Source: Bugula neritina (Eukaryota > Animalia > Bryozoa). From it: a DNA stretch of 64,000 nt. Position numbers and translations under genes: made by a program. The notes under the pieces were generated by a model that had not been told where the DNA came from, searched no databases, and saw nothing but the letters and a program-made list of their open reading frames with translations. This document shows positions 30,351-42,059 of this stretch, piece by piece. The DNA lies in NCBI GenBank assembly GCA_964035545.1, contig OZ037766.1, positions 15,428,722 through 15,492,721 on the forward strand, in the 5' to 3' direction. Numbering within the stretch: the first letter of the stretch is position 1; every line of letters begins with the position of its first letter.

Positions 30351-31543
30351 TTCTTATGCAATATTATAATATCATTTAAACTAGATAAAGGATATCACAT
30401 GATATGACTAATTTTACAATACCAAGGGTGGAGCCCATATTGGCTCAGTTACACTAGCGTTAGCTAACACACCCATGCTGTTGTCAAACTCAGCTCAACT
30501 GTGGTACATGAATAATAGTGGATTGGCTGTAGAGGTTTTTGTAGAGCTGGTTCATACTCTTAAGCAAATATCTTTATTTCCTGTTAAAGTGTTAAGTGTT
30601 AGATATACAGTTACTTCAAATGAATGGTGCATTTGAAAAGAAGTTGTCAGCTCAATACTACGATTTAGCAGGATGTTTTGCATGCAGCATGTCATGTTCT
30701 GGGTTGTACAGATTTCAAACATGAATAGCGTACATGTGCAGTCTAGACTCTCTGATTCTCTCAAGCAAATACACATGTATTACTACAGTGATTGTTACCA
30801 AACGCCATTTTAATAAGCATATATTCTCTCATCTTTGCACTCAAAGAAGTTTTTTGCTGATAAACCTAAACCAGAAATTGATTAGCTTTAAAGTAGCAAC
30901 TGGGAGTATGAACAGAAATTGTAGGCAATAGGAAATATATATACAGAATTAGGATTTAGAATGCATATATAGAAAAAAACATAGAGAACAGGATTATGAT
31001 GAATATATTTTATTGTGCACGGAACACGTTAGCTAGTTGAGTAGTACAGGGATAATGAAACCAGGATGTAGATAGAGCATTAGCTATGTAACTTAACGCT
31101 TTTCATATCCGTTTTCTTTGAAAGCTTGTATTGCAACAATGCCATAATACTACACAATGGTCATTCTTCACAAAGTAGATATAGAAAACGCTTACACAGA
31201 GCATAGGGAATTCTTACAAAATTTATTTGGACAAAAAGATTTACTTATACAAATAAATGTATGATCACTTTTTCCAAAACTACTGCGACAAAGTTACTAT
31301 AATTATTCTCTTCAGAACTTCTCTTGTTTTTTATTCAGCCTTTATAGATATATAGTAGGAGTAACGGGGAGGGGGGGAGGGGGGCACAACGGTCATAGGA
31401 GTACAAAAAGCAGGCCAAATTGTGAGAGAACTTATTGACTTATAGTTGTGATTTTTTTTCATAAAAGATATTGACATAATTATTCAGCCATTGTAGTTTC
31501 AACACTTGCGGAACATACGTGTTGAAAAGGCGAGTAAAAAACT

Positions 31544-31870
31544 GTTTGTATACAGGAAGTTTCAGGGTAGGTTATTTTGTATACTATATTGTACTTTTTA
31601 TCCGTTTTTGTCTTTAATGTTGAAATGTGAGCTAAAAGGAGTTTCTTTAAATACAAGCTCGCATTCCAACATTAAAGACAAAGCAAATAAAGAATGTTTA
31701 GACAATATAGTCCACAAAATGACCTGCCCTGAAACTTCATGTATACAAACCTATATAGGCAAGACAGGGTGTCACCTATCACACAGTATAAATGAACATT
31801 GCCATGACACTGATGCAAAAATATATCAACACATCTCTACTAATTTTCACTTAAACAGGCTAGCAGCTTA
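31544..31870 (+). mobile_element. Penelope-like retroelement fragment (degenerate GIY-YIG endonuclease)
   Basis: The ORF track reads NIKDK...NIVHKMTCPETSCIQTYIGKTGCHLSHSINEH, matching the PLE pattern N-V-V-Y-x-I-x-C..C...YIG-x-T-G-R-x-L-x-x-R-x-x-E-H, with the first Tyr and the catalytic Arg lost. Confidence 0.75.
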
Positions 31871-32271
31871 AATAAGAATAGGTAAACGAGAAACATTTTA
31901 TTTATTTATTACTTTATTGATCAAAGTAAACTAATATTTCAGGCATCACCGTTTCCATATCAGAGTTTTACATTGAATAAAATTTAAAAGTCATAACATT
32001 CCATTGAAGTGTGTGCATAACATAGCCACATAAGGTAAAAAAGGTGTGAAATTTATTTTCAATTGATTAAGCCATTGAAAATGATGACATTTTAAATATT
32101 TCATAAGTAAGGACCATCGTACTTTGTTCTGTGCTGATAGAGGGACAAACTCCAAAACAACTGCTATACACAGGTTGAGTTATTTATATATATGCATGTG
32201 TGTATGCATGCATGTGCGTGGGTGTGTAAATTAGAACATGCACCTTATCATGCTGTGTGTCTGATGTTTAT

Positions 32272-33653
32272 TCAATTTTTGCACTTTTTACAATCACACT
32301 TATCTAACTCGTCTGACCAACTAAGTATATCATATCCACAGTTTAGTGTGCCTTGGCATTTCTCAGTAGAGGTCACGCACTGTAGGAAACATTCAAACTC
32401 TGATGCACTACACTTGCAATACTCGTCTTCCCAATCTCCACACTGATTCCAGCCATCACACAACATTTCTTTCAGTATGCACCTCCTTGACCCTGCAAGA
32501 TAATGCTGTGAAATTGTTAACCTTCTGCATAACAACACAAACTATCGTTCTAATGCTTCAAGGTAACACCAAATAACAAAGCTCATGAATAGTATTTCAT
32601 TAATAATACAACAACTGCAATGGTCTTTGTAACTTTTAGCTATGCCTATTTATTTTCCTCATGTAAATCGACGATTATTAAAATAAACTTTCTAGCACCA
32701 CAATAATTATAAGTATGTAAAATAAAACAATGTAGAATATTTTAGCCAATTGCCTGGACATAAGCATTGGTAATTTTCCAAAACATAAAAAATATTAGTT
32801 TTGCTGAAAGGCTATAGACCAAAGTTTCTAATGAAATGCATCGATGACAAACGAATATTTTAGCAAAGTGTTTGTATTATTTTATTTTATCGGAGTTTTA
32901 TTATTATGCACTATTATTCTATCAAGTAAAGTGTTTTCAATTAGTACATATGTTGACCTGTCATGTTTCACATCTATCTGGTAGATTGACTAATAATAAT
33001 ATTCTGCATTGAATAAGTGATAAAAGTTCTTCTATTGCTTGAATACTCTATTGATAACATTTAACTTGTTTACTTTAATTTTATTTTAGCTTGTACAAAA
33101 ACATTCAAATGCAATGTTAGGAAATAGCAGCAAATAGGTGATAATTGGGTAGAAAATAAAAAATATTTATGAACTTTTCTTTAAAAACTAATTCCTCATT
33201 GATAAAAACTTGCTAAAAGTTTACATTTTCATGTTTAGACCATCTTAATACTTTTAAATTCCAGATATCACAGTTGGAAAATCGGATCAACTTTCCAAAG
33301 ACAGCTTTTGTGCTCGTATACCAACTTATTAAATTTATATAGTATATGTCAGTCAAAGTTTCAGCAATAACTTGTAATAAATGGCATTATATACCTTTAC
33401 ATTTGTATAAGCTCGCGCCATTACACTCACAAGCTTTCTCATCTGACCAATCAACACAGTCATTATATCCGTCACACACATATTCTGGTCGTATCAACTT
33501 GCCACTGGAACACCTGAATCCCTTCAAAATGACTTTATAGATTATTGATCTAAAGTCAAAGCTAACAACATTGAGGTATACCAATAGAGTGGGCTGGTCG
33601 CATATACATTACATATCAAAGAAAGAATTACATACATACATACATAGATACAT

Positions 33654-33722
<69 letters not shown>

Positions 33723-35867
33723 GTATACTAAAAATACTGCATTATGATCTTTAGTGCTCTATTAGATAGTAAGGAAAAGTGGGGCTAGTTGAACCATAAG
33801 CTCTGAGTTTTCTCCTTTAAATCATTGCACCATTTTATCCCCTTTACTTAAAAAGGTTGTAGGTGAACTACCAAGCAAATAGATATATATGAAATCAAAG
33901 CAGAAGTTTTCATGTGAGTGAGTGTCTTTCACATGTTTTCATAAAATCGAGCAAACTAAAAATTCATCTTTTCCTAAAAAATTGCATAGTTTCTCAAGTT
34001 TTAATAGCCCAGTCAAGTAAATTCAAGAATGTACTTTCATCATGATCTCAGAGCGGGTCGATGAACAAAAGCTGCAGAGATATCTCACTCACAGCAGATA
34101 TTGACAACAATTTGTACGCAACAATGTGGGGGTAGTTGAACCACATGGGAATTGGAGCGAGTTGAACCAGGTACAACTTGTCACACTAATTATTTTCACT
34201 CTAATATGTTCACTATAATTGGGTACACCAATTTGTACATTCAAGTTTATATTTTTCTTAAAACTTTTGTGCCATCAATATATAAGCTCAAACATTTTAC
34301 CTTTATCCTAGAACAAATGAAAATGCAGGCCAATAGTATAATTAAACTATATAAGCTGCAAATGTTTTTTAGAAGGGTGCAACATTTCATACTGGAAACT
34401 TAAACAGATAGGGAACGGATAAGGAAAACTTAACTACAGCAATGAATATGGTAAGGCAAGGTAATGGCGCAAATTATCTGTCATTGTGAGTTTTCAACCA
34501 CCCGTGGAAAACATTAGTTATTATGCTCAACCATACTGTGTATATTCTGATGTCATATAAGAGGACTCCACTTTATATATCTAACTTGTTTAAGGATGAA
34601 TTACAAAAAACTGCTAAAAGCTTTTTTACCAGTTTGCTGCTGCATGGGTTTTAAAGTGTCTTCTGCATCCCTTATCTTTGAGGTGTTAAATAGTTACAAT
34701 GACAGATCACATCCAGAGTTTCTGTTATTTGTTTATGCCAATTTATGTTGACTTTTTTAGTGATTTTTATATTTAACTTTTATTAAATCGTTTTTTAACT
34801 TGCAAAATAAGTAAAACAATTTATATTATAGGATGAATGGCACTGGTTCAACTTTCACACAGGGCGGCTCAATTTGCCCTTACTGGAAGCATTGTGCCAA
34901 AAAACTATCTTAGTGTATGAGTAAAATATTTATGCATTAATTAGTTATTATGAACAAAAACAGCAACATATGACTGACTTTTATGAGGCTGGTTTTTAGA
35001 TTGGCAAAAGATTTTTCATATCTTATGCTCAAAAACTCGACTTTTGAAGTTTTGGTTTAACTAGCCCTACAGTTCCCTATTTAATTTTTTTTCCAGTTAT
35101 TCTTTTTATAAGTATTTGTAATTGGCAAATTTGGTTTTAAAGCATTCAGTAGAATGCAAAGGAAAGTCACTCAGATTTAGATCTAACTTGCAGCTAATCT
35201 TTCTAAGATATACTTGAATTCTTGGCTGTCTATTTCTAAATAGGTTGAATTTTTCATTCTCTTCGTGCAACATATGATTATGCTGAAAAGTTGATCTAAC
35301 AATAAATTATAATTTTATGATATGCATTTAGAAAACAGAAAAAAGTATTTACATTTTGATATTTTACTTACATTTTTTGCTTTTACTTTGGTGTTCAGGG
35401 CTAGCTGCATTACTACTTCTTTCTTTACCTGTTTTTCTCTAAAACCAATTTTAGTCATACAATATTGAAAATTTAAAAGTCATGTTATGAAAATTTTGAC
35501 AAAAAAGCAAATAAAATATTTTTACAAATTTTAAAATGCAAACGCTAAAAGCAGTCCAGGATGTAAAAATACTATGGATTCTGTAAAATAAAAATGTATT
35601 CTTACAAGACACATTCCAATCAAGTGTTGCTTTACAATATTATGTATGTACATGCATGAAATAATTCACAAATACAACTATTTAAAACTTTTGTTCATAA
35701 AAGTGCACAGTTAAAACATTGGCTCTATGTTAGTGCATGAGTAAAATGCAAGTAGCTATATTACATCTTGAAAGATGGTGTACTCATTAAGCTTGGTTTT
35801 TTCTTATTTTTTTTATTACAGTTTAATTAGGATATAAAATATTTGATGCATATAGGCCTGCAAAAAG

Positions 35868-35918
<51 letters not shown>

Positions 35919-38125
35919 TGTGTGTGTGTGTGTGTGCGTGTGTTTGTTTGTGTGGTTGTGTGTTTGTGTGTGTGCATGCATTATTATTATTACAAGACAC
36001 ATCCCAACTAAGCCTTGTGTGCTTTTGTTTATATCTTCAAGAATGGTGCACTCATCAAGTTTGGTTTTTCTAGTTGTTCTTAATTACAGTTTAATTGAGA
36101 CTCAAAATATTTAATGCATATAGGCCTGCGTGTGTTTCTGCACCACCTTCATGCACTTGAAAAATTAAAATATTACACCTGTTGGCTTTGTAGGCTAACA
36201 CATGAAGCTAAAGCAGATTCACTACAAAAATTAAAAGTGGTGCCATGGCAAAATTCTGCTGAAATGTTTTACATTCAAATAATACACAGCTGTGCGATAT
36301 TGAATATTAATCAACGTGCACATAACTCACTATAAAGGCTACTGCTGTGCTCTTATAATAATATTTTTAAAAAATGAGCAGTAATATTACACCTCAGCAA
36401 TGAAGGGTAGATTAGAATCCATGACAATATTGCACTGAAGCTCAACTAGCAACTGACTATAGTGAATCTTCATTTAGGTAAATAAATTTATGAATGACAA
36501 CTGACATGGCAGAGGTTTAAACAGACTGACGGTAGAATAAGGTGCGACACATAATTATCTAAATACTTGAGTAAAGCTGCATGTACACAGACCGATTTTT
36601 CATGAAAATCAGCCAATAAACTGTTGGCGATTTTTTAGGAGTTTTAAAAAACAGGCCGATTTTGCTTTTGGCCGATTTTGTTCAATTTATCGGCCGATTT
36701 TCTGGAGAACCAGCCAATCAAAAGTTTGCAGAAAATCATGACGGCAAGCGAAATTAACACCATGGTTGAAATACAAACAGGAAGTAATTAATACCATTGA
36801 ACTATAGTTGGCTTTAGTTTTAGTTCAGTGGCTATTACTACCATACATCGTTTATGAAATACAATTAATTAAAATAACTATCAATAGCTTTAGTAGTAAT
36901 AACAACCCATCGGTTGTTGTGTAACTTTGAGAAAGTTAGTTTCAATTTCATGGAAAGTCCTTGAATATTGCTCTTTTTTTAAATAGAAAATTAGTATTAT
37001 TCTTAACTTTTACTCATGTATAATAATATGCTTTATAACTTGTAGTTTACATGTTGTTGTTTTTATATTCATGTAACCAGTATTAGTATGAGTGTCTTAA
37101 CTTTACAATTTAAATATTTTCTTAGGGAACAGATTTGCCGCGATTTAGAGTTTTCATCAACTATATAAACAATAACGCTTGAGTTAAACTTCTAGTTTTA
37201 AACTAAATAGCTTAAATTAATTTGGTAAGTGATGTTAATTGTAGCTTAGTAATCAATGCATAATTATAGATATTAAATCTGGTTAAATAAATAGCTACCA
37301 AGCCAGCTATTTGCTTTTTAATTTAGTACTAAAATTAGCCATACATTTTTACGCAACTTTCAAATGCAGCAAGCTGTCAACAAATTATACACTGCCAGTT
37401 TATTTTATTTAGTTTTTATTTATTAGAACATCAGAATAAACAGAAATGTTGAAGTTGAAATATTTTGATTGATTACTATGCCAACGCAAATACAACTGAT
37501 CTTGACCTCTGCTCATAAACCTAAGAAAGTTATACAGACTGAGAGCCATCTGCCAATAAAACGCAAGCAGACAAATACCGCGGGACATAAAAATCGTCTA
37601 AAAATTCGGCCATGCATATGTACATGTAGCTTATTGCGGGTTTCATAATTAACTTATGGTGTAATAACAAGTCTACTTTAATACATAGCACCTATCAGTC
37701 TTGTTCTCAAGATTGATTGGGTCTAAATTTTTAATTTCTAACTTGATTCTATATTTTGAATAAAATATATTAATGTTATAAAGTTATGTTTTTGATCTAC
37801 TTGTTGCTTTTTGCCACTATAACAACTAGCAGTAAATACAAACAGCCTTGTTAATAGTATTTTGCAATGTTACCTACTTAAGGTTGTCTATCTTTGGTGC
37901 CATAAATTGAGATGCTGTGACATTTAGCGATATTCTAGAATGAAAATTTGAGTAAACATACGAGTATATCACAGCATATTATCACTGTATATTTTTGTTG
38001 ATATATGCATAATAAGAAGATATATTAATTAATATTTCATACCTGGTGTTTATTGCCAACCAAATCCAAGTAATACCCATCAAAGATATCACAATCATTA
38101 ATATCCTTGACTCGAGTGTGTGCAT
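32272..38125 (-). CDS. Small LDL-receptor class A repeat protein, copy B (184 aa; optional 17-aa extension from ATG at 38176)
   Basis: Exons 38125-38043, 37934-37878, 35438-35372, 33521-33395 and 32492-32272 have the same lengths as in copy A. The frame is intact and the stop is conserved in position (TGA vs TAA). Confidence 0.8.
33630..33719. repeat. (TACA)n(CA)n(TA)n compound microsatellite
   Basis: Seen directly in the sequence. Confidence 0.9.
33770..35079. mobile_element. Same ~1.3 kb DNA transposon in duplication copy B
   Basis: Same position and sequence as 25337-26625. Confidence 0.7.
35870..35973. repeat. (TG)n microsatellite, decaying toward its 3' end
   Basis: Seen directly; present only in copy B, between two copies of a local internal duplication. 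Confidence 0.9.
36575..37631. mobile_element. ~1.06 kb non-autonomous Harbinger-like DNA transposon, copy-B specific
   Basis: TIR agctgcatgtacaca / tatgtacatgtagct; flanks TAA/TAT; empty site gagTAAtgtggg in copy A (~27835). Confidence 0.8.
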
Positions 38126-41100
38126 GGTGTACTTTGTTTTGCTGCAGAGTATTAACAGAAGTTTTGTTCTTTCCATTATATACCAATGAATATAATTGTT
38201 ATGGAAAACAAATATGTTACATGCATGAATAATTTAATACAGTAGGTAGAGATGTTGAGTTGGCTTTTGGCTCTAATTTCTAAAGTTTTTCTTTTAGCTT
38301 CAAACAAGTTATACAATAAAGTGCCATATTTGTGCTTTTACTGTGTATGTTTTAACCAATTCATTTCTAACAAAATATAAAAACATTTTATTCCGAAAAC
38401 AAAGTTAACACCTGATTAACTGTTTTGTTGTTGTAAACCACTAAAATAAAGCATCCAGATATTTCGTAAACATGTTGAAAAACATTCTTTAAATAATAAA
38501 AGTAGTTTAAACCAAAAAGTAAAACAATACATTTTCATTTATATAATGATTACAAAAAATGCCAGTTTATCCGCTAGCTTCACTGCAAATCTTATTTAGG
38601 CTAATGGTATATCTACTAAACTTTCTTTGCTTTTTAATAATTTTCTGTTTTAGTGAATTTTAACAACCTATTATCTTCAATTTGGACAGATGAATTGTTT
38701 AAATGTGGCCGTAATCACTAAGGTTTGACAAAGAAATATATTTTTACTCCTCTTTGGTGTTAAGTAATGCAGCTATTTTTATAAAAAATTCAATAAATTG
38801 CTGTGTTTCAATGTATATATTGACCACCAATGACTGAGTCAAAGAATGCCATGACTAGTTAGTGTTGGATTTATATAGTAATATTTGTAGCAATAGAGCT
38901 ATAAACAAGCCTGTGCCAGACAATATACAGAAAGTCATAGAATAGCTAACATTGTTATAAAACTTCAGTTATAGTTGTAATGATTCGTGCTTGTCCTTTA
39001 CAGCTTAGCATATAATACAGCAAAAGCTTGTATTGTTTTTTAAATGTCTGGACACAAGTCTTTCCTTGTTCGCAGCAAAGGATACTAGAAATAAGGTGCT
39101 ATTATGCAATATAATATCATTTAAACTAGCTAAAGGATATCACATGATATGACTAATTTTACAATACCAAGGGTGGAGCCCATATTGGCTCAGTTACACT
39201 TGCATTAGCTAACACACCCATGCTGTTGTCAAACTCAGCTCAACTGTGTTACATGAATAGTAGTGGATTGGCTGTAGAGGTGGTGGTAGAGCTGGTTCAT
39301 ACTCTTAAGCAAATATCTTTGTTTCCTGTTAAAGTGTTAAGCGTTAGATTTACAGTTACTTCAAATGAATGGTGCCTTTGAAAAGAAGCTGTCAGCTCAA
39401 TACTACGATTTAGCAGGATGTTAGCATGCAGCATGTCATGTTCTGGGCTGTACAGATTTCAAACATGAATAGCGTACATGTGCAGTCTAGACTCTCTGGT
39501 TCTCTCAAGCAAATACACATGTATTACTACAGTGATTGTTACGAAAAGCCATTTTAGTAAGCATATCTTCTCTCATCTTTGCACTCAAAGAGGTTTTTTG
39601 CTGCTAAACCTAAACTAGAAAATGGTTAGCTTTAAAGTAGCAATGGGAATACGAAGAGAAGTTGGGACACAACTAGGTGCATTTACTCAGAGTAGGCAAT
39701 AGGAAATATATATACTGTATTAGGATTTAGAATGCATATATAGAAAAAAACATAGAGAACAGGATTATGATGTATTTTATTGTGCACGGAACACATTAGC
39801 TAGTTGAGTAGTACAGGGATAATGAAACCAGGATGTAGATAGAGCATTAGCTATGTAACTTAACGCTTTTAATATCCGTTTTCTTTGAAAGCTTGTATTG
39901 CAACAATGCCATAATACTACACAATGATCATATTTCACAAAGTACATATAGAAAACACCTACACAGAGCATAGAGAACTCTTACAAAATTTATTTGGACA
40001 AAAGATTTACTTAAACAAATAAATGTATGGTCACTTTTTCTAAAACTACTTCAATAAAATTACACATGACTCTTCTTTTTAAAATATTCAGATATTTCAG
40101 ATATATATTATATACTTGTTGATATTGAATGCAATAATTTAGAACAAGAGTATATTTTACCCATAGCTAATCAGCCCAACTGAGCTCCTTGAATTCAACC
40201 TTGCACATTGCATTACCAACAACTGTAATGGTATATTTACTAAATGAATGACTTAGTTTAGAGGATAGAGAAACCTAGATATAGGATAAGGCTATTTCAA
40301 GTTTAAACATGTCATATTAGCCGAGGTAAAATTAAATTAAGGCAGTTTTACATAAAAAGAGGAAATATACTATATATCTACAAAGTTTCAATTAATAATA
40401 TAATGATATGGCAAACTTATGTCGTTGAGTATATACCAATGTATGCCATGTTTATATCATTATGTGTTGACATTACTTATATTTTGCACCATTATGATTA
40501 TGTATGCCATACACATACTGTTGTGTATACCCTATACATGTACGTATATCAGTCCTGAAATACCTAATTAGCATCATTTCTCTAAGTTGTAGTGAAAATG
40601 TGGTTTGCACAATTTTGCTTATTTGAGAGCTTGTGGCAGTTTTTTCCAACAATCCTTTGATCTTTGCTCATCACTTGCAAAAGCCACTTCACATCATCCA
40701 TTACTTTTCTTAATAATCGATTTAATGAATCAAATCGGACTTTAGTCAAATTGAAGTGCACAACATTTGCAAATTAACTCAATTAGGAGTTGCATACACG
40801 TACATATGCTAAAATCTGGGACACTGTCTCTTTTGCATGCGCTTAATGACCAAATAAATAGAAAAACTATATATGAATTTTATATAAATTTCTACCTTTT
40901 AATATAACATAAATAATTAAATTAGCCAGTGGTGATGTCTTGGTGTGACAACTATAAAAAAGTTTTTTCACATCACTCCTTGTGACACACATTAGTTTTT
41001 TTCTCTTTTTTCTTCACATTTTATGCGATTTGATACATAAAGAAAATACAAAAGGATAGTTGATTTTTAGCGTGTATGTCTAAATAAAACTCAAACTATT

Positions 41101-41129
41101 ATATTATAAATTTAGTATTGTTCATCAAT

Positions 41130-41460
41130 GGTGTCTGGTAAAAAAGGGCACAGGAGAAAATGCACTTAAAAAATAACACAGGTAATAATAGCACAGGTAA
41201 TATTGGCACAAATGAAAAAATAAGTAAAATTGGCACATTTTCAAGGTGGGATTTGGGGTGAGGGCTGAAGATTTAGGGTGAGGGTCTAGGTTTGGGGATA
41301 GGGGTATGAGTTTGGGGTTTTAGGGTTTGGGGTTTTAGGGTTTGGGGTTTTGGGAGTTTATGGTTTGAGTTTGGGGTTTGGGAAAATTTAACATCAGTGT
41401 GCCATTTTACCTACTTTCCTATTTGTGCCATCTTTACCTGTGCCATGCTTACCTAAACTC
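41130..41460. mobile_element. Foldback-type element with G-rich telomere-like core (family of 16035-16266)
   Basis: Inverted arms of ggtaa.a.tggcaca repeats around a (ggggttttagggttt)n core. Confidence 0.75.
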
Positions 41461-42059
41461 ATTCTTCAGCAGCTTTATTCTTTTGAGCTTTGTGATTTTA
41501 TTGGAGTTATGTTCTCAACTGAGTAGCGTGTTTCGACCATTTTAGCAATTTATCTACGACTTCTTACTTATCGGATCGTATTGAAATTGACATGTTAGGA
41601 TAGCGTCATTATTAGTTCACACTAACAATTCCAATTTTTAGTTTTGTTCTTGACTAGAGTTGGTAAATTTTGCCATCAGAACTCCAAGACTTCTATTTCT
41701 TATCAATATGAATATCATGATTTTTTCTCGAACTCTAGAATAACATTCTGTAAGTGCAACGATGTCCGTGCATGGCAGGTGTAATGTTAAAAACTAAAAA
41801 TTTTATTCGTAAACCTCTATCTAATCAATCTTGTCAGTTGTGGCCTGTGACATAAATTTTAAATTTCATACTGATATTCATTATGATTATGAATTATCAT
41901 TATGGTTTAGATTATTCATTTTGATTATGACTTATGTCTATGATAATTGACTTTGATCAGGATTTTTTTCTAGTAGTAGTTCTACACTTACTCTTAGAGT
42001 TAGTCTCACGCTTACTCTCACTTGGTCTAAATTTTACAGCAAAGAAATAGATATCAGAC

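Larger units (their letters stand above)
31544..40065. repeat. Tandem segmental duplication, copy B
   Basis: See copy A; it differs by substitutions and copy-specific insertions. Confidence 0.93.

Noticed and set aside
30430-31200. Possible additional gene or exons in the distal part of the duplicated unit
   Set aside because: Candidate frames are broken by a 1-bp indel or stop between copies, and no domain is recognisable.
31506-31871. 121-aa ORF as a functional nuclease gene
   Set aside because: It starts at a non-ATG codon, GIY-YIG catalytic residues are lost, and the paralogous copy is disrupted; treated as a PLE relic.
41240-41385. True or interstitial telomere
   Set aside because: The repeats are irregular, not TTAGGG, and are enclosed by the inverted arms of a dispersed element.
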